Below, in pieces: positions 1 to 7,785 of a DNA stretch of 64,000 bases. Source of the DNA: a bacterium (GTDB taxonomy: Bacteria; Patescibacteriota; Minisyncoccia; Minisyncoccales; GWA2-46-15); the NCBI GenBank assembly GCA_030704795.1, contig JAUYCZ010000003.1:2412-66411 (forward strand). The letters run 5' to 3'. Position 1 is the first letter of the stretch. Each line of letters begins with the position of its first letter. The position numbers were made by a program, and so were the translations under genes. The notes beneath the pieces were generated by a model. The model was not told where the DNA came from, made no database searches, and saw only the letters and a program-made list of their open reading frames with translations.

Positions 1-1031
1 GCGGCGCCGGAAAAAGTTATTTCGCAAAATTGGAAATTTTGCGCTCTCTGATGGCCGGGGTTGACGTCATCGTCATCGACCCGGAAAATGAGTACAAGTT
101 CCTGGCCGATTCAGTGGGCGGATCGTTCTTTAATATTTCTCTCGGCTCGGAAAACCACATCAATCCTTTTGAGTTGCCCTTGCCCCGAGAAGACGAAAAA
201 CCCGATGACGTTTTGAGGTCCAACGTTATTAACCTGGTTGGCCTGCTTAGAATTATGCTTGGCGGCCTGACGCCGGAAGAAGATGCCATTATCGATCGCG
301 CCCTGACCGAAACCTATGCTGCCAAAGATATTCGGCCAGAAACTGACCCGGAAAAATGGTCGGAAAATATTCCCCTGATGTCGGATCTGGAAGAAATTCT
401 GCAAACGATGGAGGGAGCCGGTTCCTTGGTCCGGCGGATCAGAAAGTTCACTCAGGGTACTTTTGCCAATTTTTTCAACCAACCCAGCAATATTTCTCTG
501 GATAAAAGCATGGTTGTTTTTGGCATTCGTGATATGGAGGATGAATTAAGGCCGATGGCGATGTACGTCGTCATGAGATATATTTGGAATAAAATCCGCT
601 CTCAGCTCAAAAAAAGAATGCTCTTGGTGGATGAGGCCTGGTGGATGATGCAGTCGGACGACGGCGCTTCTTTTCTCTTTGGCGTGGCTAAGCGTGCCCG
701 GAAATATTGGCTGGGCGTCACCACCATTACTCAGGATGTCGGCGACTTTCTGAGGTCAGACTACGGCCTGCCGATCGTGGCTAACTCTTCTTTGCAAATA
801 CTGCTAAAACAAAGTCCGGCGGTTCTAGAGGAAATCAAAAAAACTTTTAATTTGACTGACGAAGAAAAAATGCTTTTACTGGAAGCGGGAATTGGCGAAG
901 GCATTTTCATTGCCGGCCAAAAACACGTTGCCATCAGGGTCGTCGCTTCTTACGCCGAAGATCAGATTATCACTACTTCTCCCGAGGAGGTTCTTAAAAT
1001 CAAAAAGGCGAGGCAGGAGGCCGCCGAATGA
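1..1031 (+). CDS. VirB4/TrbE-type type IV secretion ATPase, C-terminal ~340 aa (5' end lies outside the window)
   Basis: Frame 3 is open from nt 3 and reads GAGKSYFAKLEILRS, a Walker A GxGKS at the window edge. Further motifs: VIDPENEY, Walker B LLVDEAWWMM, ITQDVGDF. TGA stop at 1029-1031. Confidence 0.8.
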   Translation, partial: GAGKSYFAKLEILRSLMAGVDVIVIDPENEYKFLADSVGGSFFNISLGSENHINPFELPLPREDEKPDDVLRSNVINLVGLLRIMLGGLTPEEDAIIDRALTETYAAKDIRPETDPEKWSENIPLMSDLEEILQTMEGAGSLVRRIRKFTQGTFANFFNQPSNISLDKSMVVFGIRDMEDELRPMAMYVVMRYIWNKIRSQLKKRMLLVDEAWWMMQSDDGASFLFGVAKRARKYWLGVTTITQDVGDFLRSDYGLPIVANSSLQILLKQSPAVLEEIKKTFNLTDEEKMLLLEAGIGEGIFIAGQKHVAIRVVASYAEDQIITTSPEEVLKIKKARQEAAE

Positions 1032-1032
1032 C

Positions 1033-1181
1033 CATGCCAGGTAGTGAAAATCCGACACGGCTTCGCTTAAAAACGAAAGACTATCTGGCAGTAAAAGTTT
1101 TTAGAAACACTAATCAAGGCTTTTCGACCTCGATAGTGGGCGAAGCCTAATTATCAAGTCGGATTTCTACTACCTGGCATG
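1033..1181. repeat. 149-nt element bounded by 24-nt inverted repeats with nested inner stems; fills the spacer between the VirB4-like stop and the next start codon
   Basis: CATGCCAGGTAGTGAAAATCCGAC (1033-1056) pairs with GTCGGATTTCTACTACCTGGCATG (1158-1181): 22 WC pairs, 1 GU, 1 mismatch. Inner stems are GGCTTCGC 1059-1066 / GCGAAGCC 1140-1147 and TAAAAAC 1068-1074 / GTTTTTA 1097-1103. Confidence 0.6.
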
Positions 1182-1694
1182 CCTGAAGAACAAATAGAAA
1201 CTCAATCGGCAGAACCGGAAGAAGCGTCCGAAGAAACAACCGAAACTTCCGGTGAAGAAGAAATTTCGGTTGTCGGCGGAGGGCTTTTGAATCTCCTGAC
1301 GCCGGAGGGGATTATCATGATGCCGATGGCCATGGTGCTTGATGGCATCGGCATAATCCTGATTCTTTTTGCCCTCGATGATTTTTTTATTACCGATATC
1401 ATCGGCACCATCATTATCGGCGGCTGGCTTTTTTTCAGAACAGGAACCGTGCCTTCAATGCCAGAAAGAATTGAACAAAAGACAAAAGAAACCGCCGGCA
1501 AAGTGGAAAAAGGAGCAGCCTCAACTGCCGCCAAGGCGGCCGATGCCGAAAAAACCATCCAGAAGGTCGGCGGCAAAATTGGAAAATCAAGCCGTTGGTT
1601 AAAACCCCTTCTTTGCGGCCTCGGAGAATTTGTTCCCTATCTCGGCGTCATACCCTTCTGGACTTATCTCGTTTATTCCGAACTGACAAAATGA
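1179..1694 (+). CDS. Hypothetical membrane protein (acidic N-terminus, about 3 hydrophobic helices)
   Basis: 171-aa ORF with hydrophobic stretches IIMMPMAMVLDGIGIILILFAL, IIGTIIIGGWLFF and VPYLGVIPFWTYLVY. Its stop overlaps the next start (ATGA at 1691-1694). Confidence 0.6.
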   Translation: MPEEQIETQSAEPEEASEETTETSGEEEISVVGGGLLNLLTPEGIIMMPMAMVLDGIGIILILFALDDFFITDIIGTIIIGGWLFFRTGTVPSMPERIEQKTKETAGKVEKGAASTAAKAADAEKTIQKVGGKIGKSSRWLKPLLCGLGEFVPYLGVIPFWTYLVYSELTK

Positions 1695-3304
1695 TTAAAA
1701 AAGCGTTTTTAATCCTCGTTCTGACCAGCTTTGTTTTATGGCCGGCGTCTATTTCGGCTATCGAAATCAATTATCCTCAAATTCCCGGGGTGGAAGCGCC
1801 GCAGGACTTTCTGCCCAAAATTCAATCCGGCCAATACCCGTCAGAACAGGCCCTGCCTCTTTTTGTCAAATATCTTTACGCTTTGGGCTTGGTGGTCGGC
1901 ACGATGCTAACCGTCATCTCGCTCATCTATGGCGGTCTGCTCTATTTGATCTCCGGCAGTAATCCCGGAAAAATGGTTGGCGCCAAGGACCAAATCACGA
2001 CGGCCTTTCTGGGGCTGGGACTCCTTCTCATGTCCTACCTTTTTTTAAATATTCTTAATCCCAATTTATTGGTGATGCGTTTACCGACGGCCACTCGGCC
2101 CAGTTTTTCACCTCTCCCTAATGTTGGACCGCCCGGAGAAGAAACGATGGTTTTTTGGGAGATACCCGTCGGGACAATCGTCAACGACATCTCAAATATT
2201 TTTCCCCAAGTCAAACCGGCCAGCCAGGACGTCAAAGACAAGGCGGACGTTGTCAAACAAATCTCTCAAGAATTAGTCGGTTTGCTCAACTCCTGTAATT
2301 GCCAAAACCTTTCGTCTCAGTGTTTGGGTTCCGCCTGTTCGGCGCTCGCCTGTCTCGGTACAAGAAGTAATCTCTGTCCGAATCTGACGGCCATCGAAGC
2401 GAAGAAACAGGAATTAATTAATAGTCAGGCCGTCCTCAAAGTTTCTAGAAAGAGTTTGGCCATCGTTAAATTCAATCTGCAAAAAGAAACGAGCCGGCTT
2501 CAGGTGGCCGAAACCCTGATGAAAAGCTGCACCTACGTGCCAATTGATTTAAATACTCTCCTCGGACTCAAACAAACGACCCAGAAGATTGGAGTTAGAA
2601 AGCCTTGGTCAGAAACCGAGGCCAAAAACAATCCTTTGACTTTCTATTGTCAGATGGACGAGGCGTTCGTGACGCAAACGGTCTTTGACTGGCGGGAAAT
2701 GATCGCCCAGCTGGAATCGATTCTCAACACCGACCCTGACGACATTCCCTTGCCGCCGCCCTCGCCCGGACCAAGTCCATCACCCGGCGGCACGCCCGGA
2801 CCGAGTCCGTCGCCCAATCCCGATCAATCGCTGCGGCTGCCCTTGGATTGGACCTGCCTCACTGATATCTGTAACGTGCAACGAAGCGCCTATTACTGTC
2901 ACGAGGGACTGGATTTGTACGCCGCAGAAAATTCACCCGTTTACGCCGTCGCCGACGGAGAGATAGAAGGCTCGGGCGATTTTACCGCCGACTGTCCGCC
3001 CCGGGGCGCTTACGGTAGATGGGTAGCCGTTAAACATCGAGTGGGCACGCAGGAAATGACCAGTTTCTATGGCCACTTAAATTCTGTCCTGGTTACTTCC
3101 GGTCATGTTACCCAGGGGCAAATCATTGCCTATAGCGGCAACACCGGCAGCAGCACCGGACCACACGTGCATTTTAGCCTTACCGTCAATTTTGCCCCCG
3201 GCTGCCTGAATCGAGGCACGCCTTTGGATCCGCAGAAGTGGTTGCCGGCGATCAACTGGTGCTCGGGCTTCAGTAACACCCCTTCTTGTTCCGTCTGTCA
3301 GTAA
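1691..3304 (+). CDS. Secreted fusion protein: T4SS (VirB2/TrbC-like) pilin module + Cys-rich/coiled-coil region + Pro-rich linker + M23 (LytM) metallopeptidase
   Basis: Start moved to ATG 1691 (MIKKAFLILVLTSFVLWPASISA signal peptide). Pilin-like core: IYGGLLYLISGSNPGKMVGAKDQITTAFLGLGLLLMSYLFLNILNPNL. Linker PLPPPSPGPSPSPGGTPGPSPSPNPD (about 2747-2823). M23 motifs HEGLDLYA, YGHLNS, GNTGSSTGPHVHF. Confidence 0.8.
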   Translation: MIKKAFLILVLTSFVLWPASISAIEINYPQIPGVEAPQDFLPKIQSGQYPSEQALPLFVKYLYALGLVVGTMLTVISLIYGGLLYLISGSNPGKMVGAKDQITTAFLGLGLLLMSYLFLNILNPNLLVMRLPTATRPSFSPLPNVGPPGEETMVFWEIPVGTIVNDISNIFPQVKPASQDVKDKADVVKQISQELVGLLNSCNCQNLSSQCLGSACSALACLGTRSNLCPNLTAIEAKKQELINSQAVLKVSRKSLAIVKFNLQKETSRLQVAETLMKSCTYVPIDLNTLLGLKQTTQKIGVRKPWSETEAKNNPLTFYCQMDEAFVTQTVFDWREMIAQLESILNTDPDDIPLPPPSPGPSPSPGGTPGPSPSPNPDQSLRLPLDWTCLTDICNVQRSAYYCHEGLDLYAAENSPVYAVADGEIEGSGDFTADCPPRGAYGRWVAVKHRVGTQEMTSFYGHLNSVLVTSGHVTQGQIIAYSGNTGSSTGPHVHFSLTVNFAPGCLNRGTPLDPQKWLPAINWCSGFSNTPSCSVCQ

Positions 3305-3309
3305 AAAAC

Positions 3310-4572
3310 ATGAACACGAAAATCTTATTCATTGGTTTCCTCTCTCTTCTCTTAATCGCCGTTTTGGGCAGCGCGGTTTTGGCTCAACAAAGCCCGGGCG
3401 AAAACCTCACCTGTCCATTGGATAAGGAGGTGCCGGTGGGTCAATTAATCAATCAAATGGAATACACCAACGACAAAATATTAAGGCAGTTGCAGAATAT
3501 TGATGACGCGGCCATCCGCATTCTACAGAATGTAACAAAGCTGGTTAAATCAAGCGATAGTTGTAAAACAACTAACTGCCAGTCTGGCTGTCAATTAGAA
3601 GATATTTCTGTCCCTTGTAGCGGAACCCCCTCTACTAGCTGCACTTCCGGATACACCTGCGCTTACCAGAGCACTGTCCCGGGTAGCTCCGCCTCCAACA
3701 CCAGTTGTACAACCTTGCCAACCACCGGATCAATGACCATCAATCCCTCGGGCTATTACGGCGTTTTCAACTGGCGAGAGAATAGCGGTTATCAATGCAA
3801 CCCCTATGATTGTCCTGATCCAGGTTTTTATCCCGGCCCGGCTAATCCTAGTAGTCTTCTTTACCCCGCTCCCGCAAATAATTGCACGACTGGAGATACG
3901 TGCTATTACAAAGGCTACAATCTCGCCGGCCAAGACCTCATCGATAACCTAACTTTTTCTCGCCAGAATTGTAAAAACCTGCCCAACAACTTAACGGTTG
4001 ACGCGTCAGCGACCTACGCCATCTATCAATGGTCTGGCGTCCACGGGGGCGGTTGGTGCAATGTTCTCTGGCCGACTACCACTTGTTATGGTACTTGCTA
4101 TAATGAGGGTGATTGTAGCGTCGACTGGACTTGCACCACTCAAATCTGTCAGCGGGGTGCCTGTTCGGGTCAGGCTTGCAATTTCACCGAAATTAATGCT
4201 CAGTTGAACATCATTTCCCAGTCAACTCAAACGATCAACGACTCAAACCAAGCCATCGTCGACATCTTTGATAGAAAGGTGGCCGAACTGCCGCTCCTGG
4301 GCAATATTTGCCAAATCCCGGGGCTGGGAGTCGTCTGCGGCCTTTGTGACATCTTCGGCAATATCTTTACCGGCTGCAAAACAGAAATAGCAACCATTCT
4401 TTCCCTCTTCCAGAAAGGCCTAACCAATATTAAAGATTGTTGGAACGATCCGGCCGATTACGAAAAGATTATTTCTGGAGAAAAATCAGGCAAGTTCCTG
4501 ATGAGCTGCGAAGAATTAAGACCCGGCGTTCTTAAAAAATGTTATCCTAATAATTTCTTTTGTTGTAAGTGA
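3310..4572 (+). CDS. Secreted cysteine-rich protein, unknown function
   Basis: ATG 3310 gives the signal peptide MNTKILFIGFLSLLLIAVLGSAVLAQ. I count 30 Cys in about 420 aa, with a Ser/Thr/Asn/Gly-rich core and a C-terminal ...KKCYPNNFFCCK. Confidence 0.7.
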   Translation: MNTKILFIGFLSLLLIAVLGSAVLAQQSPGENLTCPLDKEVPVGQLINQMEYTNDKILRQLQNIDDAAIRILQNVTKLVKSSDSCKTTNCQSGCQLEDISVPCSGTPSTSCTSGYTCAYQSTVPGSSASNTSCTTLPTTGSMTINPSGYYGVFNWRENSGYQCNPYDCPDPGFYPGPANPSSLLYPAPANNCTTGDTCYYKGYNLAGQDLIDNLTFSRQNCKNLPNNLTVDASATYAIYQWSGVHGGGWCNVLWPTTTCYGTCYNEGDCSVDWTCTTQICQRGACSGQACNFTEINAQLNIISQSTQTINDSNQAIVDIFDRKVAELPLLGNICQIPGLGVVCGLCDIFGNIFTGCKTEIATILSLFQKGLTNIKDCWNDPADYEKIISGEKSGKFLMSCEELRPGVLKKCYPNNFFCCK

Positions 4573-4576
4573 TACC

Positions 4577-5863
4577 ATGACCAGAAAAAGCAAACTATTG
4601 TTTTTCTTTCTTCTGACCGGAGTTCTCCTGGCCAGTTTTGCGCTGGCGCAAAAACCCTTGGAGATAACCTATCCCACCATTCCCTTGGCCGATACGCCCA
4701 TGACGATTAAAACTTCTCTGCCGGCTTATTTAAAATACCTTTTCAACTTCTCTCTGATCGGCGCCGGCATCCTCATTTTTTTGGCTCTGCTCAAGGGCGG
4801 ATTTAGTTATCTGACTTCGGCGGCCAATCCCGAAGGCTTGAGAGACAGTCGAGACCAGTTGATCTCAGCCGTCATCGGCACCATTCTCTTGCTCTCTTCT
4901 TATATCATTCTCAATACTCTCAATCCCACCCTGACGGTTCTAAAGATGCCCGGCGCCAAAATTGCCAAGGAGATCCACGTCTGGAGCGATCCGAATCGAG
5001 GCGGAAATGACATGGGGCTCAAGGTGAGCAATCCCGACCTCGCCGCCACTCTCGGGTCGAACGGCGCGCAGTATCTCGAGTTCATCGTCACCAACCCTGA
5101 CGAGGTTGACGTCAGTGCCTACCCGGACGTTAATTACGGCGGCTCGCCGATCAGGATCACCACGCCCGGCAATATTGCTCTGGCTAAGTCCATTTCTCTG
5201 GCCTGGAAAATCCCGGGAGTTTATCTCTATTCCGGAACGAGTCTGGGCGGAGAACCACGGCTTTATCTTTTTAGCCAAGCCGCCTTAACCGACTTTAATG
5301 ATAAGGCTCAGTCGGTTCGGCTGCTTAATCAAGGAAGCAATCAATTTGCCGCGGTTTTGCACAAAGACCAAAATTTCCAGGGCGAGTGCGCTGTCATCTT
5401 CAACGATCAAAACAGCTTGGCCAATGAGGACGCTACCGGCGGGGGAGTCGTCGGCAACAATCAAGCCTCGGCCATCACGATTTTTAAACCGGACTTGGGT
5501 CGGGCAGCTTCCGGCGGGGAAGGCGTCACCCTTTTCGGCAAAGATTCCTCAAGAAATAAAGTCGGCGTGCGGGCCACCAATAACAGAATCACTAGCTTCC
5601 CGGTCATGGGAGTCGAAAACGACTCGGTCGATGAGGTTGAAATTCTCGGCAGCTATATCGCCGTCCTTTTCGAGCACAACAATTTTCGCGGCAAGTGCGC
5701 CGTTTTCACCAAGAGCGACGATAATCTGGCGGACGACCCGATCGGCAAATGCCAAGGCTCTCCCTACGGTAATTGTTTCTGCATCCCCGTCATTAATTGG
5801 TGCGTTCCCTGCGAGGGCCCCTGTACCTCTTCTTTTATGGTCTTTCCTGTCAAGCCTTTTTAA
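4577..5863 (+). CDS. Secreted fusion protein: T4SS pilin-like module + beta/gamma-crystallin-like repeats + Cys-rich tail
   Basis: Signal peptide MTRKSKLLFFFLLTGVLLASFALAQ. Pilin-like core LKGGFSYLTSAANPEGLRDSRDQLISAVIGTILLLSSYIILNTLNPTL. Greek-key-like [YFH]x4[YFL]xG motifs: YPDVNYGG, HKDQNFQG, FEHNNFRG. Tail CQGSPYGNCFCIPVINWCVPCEGPC. Confidence 0.75.
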   Translation: MTRKSKLLFFFLLTGVLLASFALAQKPLEITYPTIPLADTPMTIKTSLPAYLKYLFNFSLIGAGILIFLALLKGGFSYLTSAANPEGLRDSRDQLISAVIGTILLLSSYIILNTLNPTLTVLKMPGAKIAKEIHVWSDPNRGGNDMGLKVSNPDLAATLGSNGAQYLEFIVTNPDEVDVSAYPDVNYGGSPIRITTPGNIALAKSISLAWKIPGVYLYSGTSLGGEPRLYLFSQAALTDFNDKAQSVRLLNQGSNQFAAVLHKDQNFQGECAVIFNDQNSLANEDATGGGVVGNNQASAITIFKPDLGRAASGGEGVTLFGKDSSRNKVGVRATNNRITSFPVMGVENDSVDEVEILGSYIAVLFEHNNFRGKCAVFTKSDDNLADDPIGKCQGSPYGNCFCIPVINWCVPCEGPCTSSFMVFPVKPF

Positions 5864-6327
5864 CCGATTGGCTTGGGTTTAATAACAACTCTTCTCTCTG
5901 AGCCCTCGCCCCGGCTTTCGGTGATAACGTCTGATCGACTGGCCAGGGTTAAATGAATAATTCTTCTTTCTTGTGCTAGCATCGGCAACAGTTCTTTTTC
6001 TATTTTTAGCAAAGATACCTCGTTGGCGGTGGTGTGGGCTAATTCTTCGAGATAAATCGTTTTTTTCTGCTTGTAGCCGTTAATGTCTAGGTCGAAAAAG
6101 AAAGGTTCGATGATTTTCCTTCGAAAAACCAGCCGCAATAAATACTGGATTTCGTCCAGGGTCTGTCCCTGTTCGCCAATCAACAACTGAGGCGACTCGG
6201 TCTCCAGGTTGACCTTGAGAGTTTCTCCCTCGAGATTGTCCTCCTTAATTTCGATTTCAATCGTCGCTTTCTGGAAGAACTCTTTGATGGTATTTTTAAT
6301 TGTTTCTCGTTGTTCGTGGGAAAGCAT
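5860..6327 (-). CDS. jag: Jag/KhpB RNA-binding protein (KH + R3H domains)
   Basis: KH-like LLIGEQGQTLDEIQYLLRLV and C-terminal R3H-like RRIIHLTLASRSDVITESRGEGSERRVVIKP. Sits in the conserved position downstream of yidC. Confidence 0.8.
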   Translation of the reverse strand: MLSHEQRETIKNTIKEFFQKATIEIEIKEDNLEGETLKVNLETESPQLLIGEQGQTLDEIQYLLRLVFRRKIIEPFFFDLDINGYKQKKTIYLEELAHTTANEVSLLKIEKELLPMLAQERRIIHLTLASRSDVITESRGEGSERRVVIKPKPIG

Positions 6328-6328
6328 T

Positions 6329-7057
6329 TTACTCTGAAAGCTGATATTTTTTATCCAGAAAGTATTGCTGCCCGGCCGTTAAAAGCGAGGTGGCTAACCA
6401 ATAAAGACCCAGGGCCGAGGGCAGCTTTAAAAGAATAAAAACGGTCAAAATCGGCAAAAGAAATATTGTTTGTTTCTGAACCATCCGGGTGATTTGATAT
6501 TTTGGATCGCTTTTGTCTACCGGTCCGGGGTTGAGGGGCACGACCAGAGACTGCACCAATTGGCTCAGCCCGGCCAAAACCGCCATCAAAAGGTTAGGCT
6601 GGGAAAGATCGACTATCCCCAAAAAGTCAGGACTGATCACGTCGGGCCGGACGATAAAACTATAAAGATGGTTCCCTTGACTCCAGAGGCCTTGCCAGAA
6701 AAGTTGGTAAAGAGCGATTAAAATTGGGAATTGGATCAGAAGGGGAACGAAGCTGCTCAAGGGATTAACCCTTTCCTTCTTAAAAACCTCGGACATGGCT
6801 TTGGCTTGTTCTTCGGGACGGTCTTTAAATTGTTTCTGAACTTCTTTAAGCCGGGGCTGCAGCCGGGCCATGGCCTGCTGCAACTTAAAGGCCTTAATAT
6901 TCAAGGGCAGGGTCAAAAGCTTAATGGCCGCCGTCAAAACGATAACGGCGATGCCTAAGTCGTGCCCGGGCAGTAAATTGTAAATAAGAATTAAGGCGTT
7001 GAAGAGCGGCTGATAAAGGAAAATTTGGAAGAAATCACCGATGAAACTAAAATTCAT
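6329..7057 (-). CDS. yidC: Membrane protein insertase YidC (short form)
   Basis: 242 aa with multiple TM helices, ...PLLIQFPILIALYQ..., and rnpA-yidC-jag synteny. Confidence 0.85.
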   Translation of the reverse strand: MNFSFIGDFFQIFLYQPLFNALILIYNLLPGHDLGIAVIVLTAAIKLLTLPLNIKAFKLQQAMARLQPRLKEVQKQFKDRPEEQAKAMSEVFKKERVNPLSSFVPLLIQFPILIALYQLFWQGLWSQGNHLYSFIVRPDVISPDFLGIVDLSQPNLLMAVLAGLSQLVQSLVVPLNPGPVDKSDPKYQITRMVQKQTIFLLPILTVFILLKLPSALGLYWLATSLLTAGQQYFLDKKYQLSE

Positions 7058-7098
7058 TTTAAGCTTGTTTGCCTTTTCGCTTCGCGAAAAGAATAAAC

Positions 7099-7449
7099 TT
7101 ATTTATTTTCTTTTGCTAAACCGGCTTCTTTTAAGAGAAAAATGATCATTGCCTCTGTCTCTCTTAAAGTATTCTTCTCCAGGCCTCCTCGAGCAATAAA
7201 GATCAGGTCCTGGCCGGGTTTGATCAGGGATAAATTCGCTCTCAGCGCCTCTCTGAGTTTTCTCTTGATGCGGTTGCGCTGATTAGCTTTTTTAAAGGCT
7301 TTTTTGCTCACCAGCAAACCCAAGCGGCTAAACGGATAATCGTTACCAATGAACCTGAGGGACAGAAACCGACTGTTTTTGCTTTTACCGTTTTTCAAAA
7401 CACGAGCAAAATCACTTTTATTCCTGAGGCGATAATGGCTCGGCAACAT
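7099..7449 (-). CDS. rnpA: Ribonuclease P protein component
   Basis: 116 aa, basic, LRNKSDFARVLKNGKS... RNRIKRKLREA. Lies directly downstream of rpmH. Confidence 0.85.
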   Translation of the reverse strand: MLPSHYRLRNKSDFARVLKNGKSKNSRFLSLRFIGNDYPFSRLGLLVSKKAFKKANQRNRIKRKLREALRANLSLIKPGQDLIFIARGGLEKNTLRETEAMIIFLLKEAGLAKENK

Positions 7450-7525
7450 GGTTTTTATTCGAGCATTAGCGAGAATAAGCGAAGCTTGTTTCTGACGAAA
7501 TTAAGTTCTCGCGAAGCGATGGTTC

Positions 7526-7660
7526 TTAGACGGTTAGCTTTTCTCTCTTTTTCCGACGGCGGCGCGAAATCACTCTCCGGCCGTTCCGAGTTCGGCTCCT
7601 TTTTAAAAAGCCGTGGGTTCTTTTTCTCTTTCTCTTTTTGGGTTTATAGGTAATAGACAT
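7526..7660 (-). CDS. rpmH: 50S ribosomal protein L34 (44 aa; below the ORF-track length cutoff)
   Basis: Hand translation of the minus strand gives [44 protein letters not shown]. Start is the reverse complement of CAT 7658-7660; TAA stop at 7526-7528. Confidence 0.9.
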   Translation of the reverse strand: MSITYKPKKRKRKRTHGFLKRSRTRNGRRVISRRRRKKREKLTV

Positions 7661-7785
7661 ATGGTTTAATCTAACAGTTTATTCACAGTTTATCAAGCCA
7701 AGAACCGGTTTTGCCCATATTTTGGCTTATTTTTTATGGCGATTACGATATATCGCTTCACGTTATTAAGAAGTATAATCAACGC

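Noticed and set aside
1034-1150. 38-codon ORF (MPGSENPTRLRLKTKDYLAVKVFRNTNQGFSTSIVGEA) inside the inverted-repeat element
   Set aside because: There is no SD, and it lies entirely within a strongly base-paired element. The ATG is created by the palindromic arm, so it is probably fortuitous.
5298-5882. 194-aa alternative-frame ORF (also 4940-5278 and 5549-5755 on the minus strand)
   Set aside because: It is embedded in the 4577-5863 gene, whose frame has a signal peptide, a pilin module and repeated Greek-key-like motifs. The alternative frames are Ser/Arg/Ala-rich, which is typical of off-frame translation.
7435-7653. 72-aa plus-strand ORF
   Set aside because: It is exactly antisense to rpmH (L34) and the rpmH-rnpA spacer repeat. 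The minus strand gives a textbook L34 sequence.
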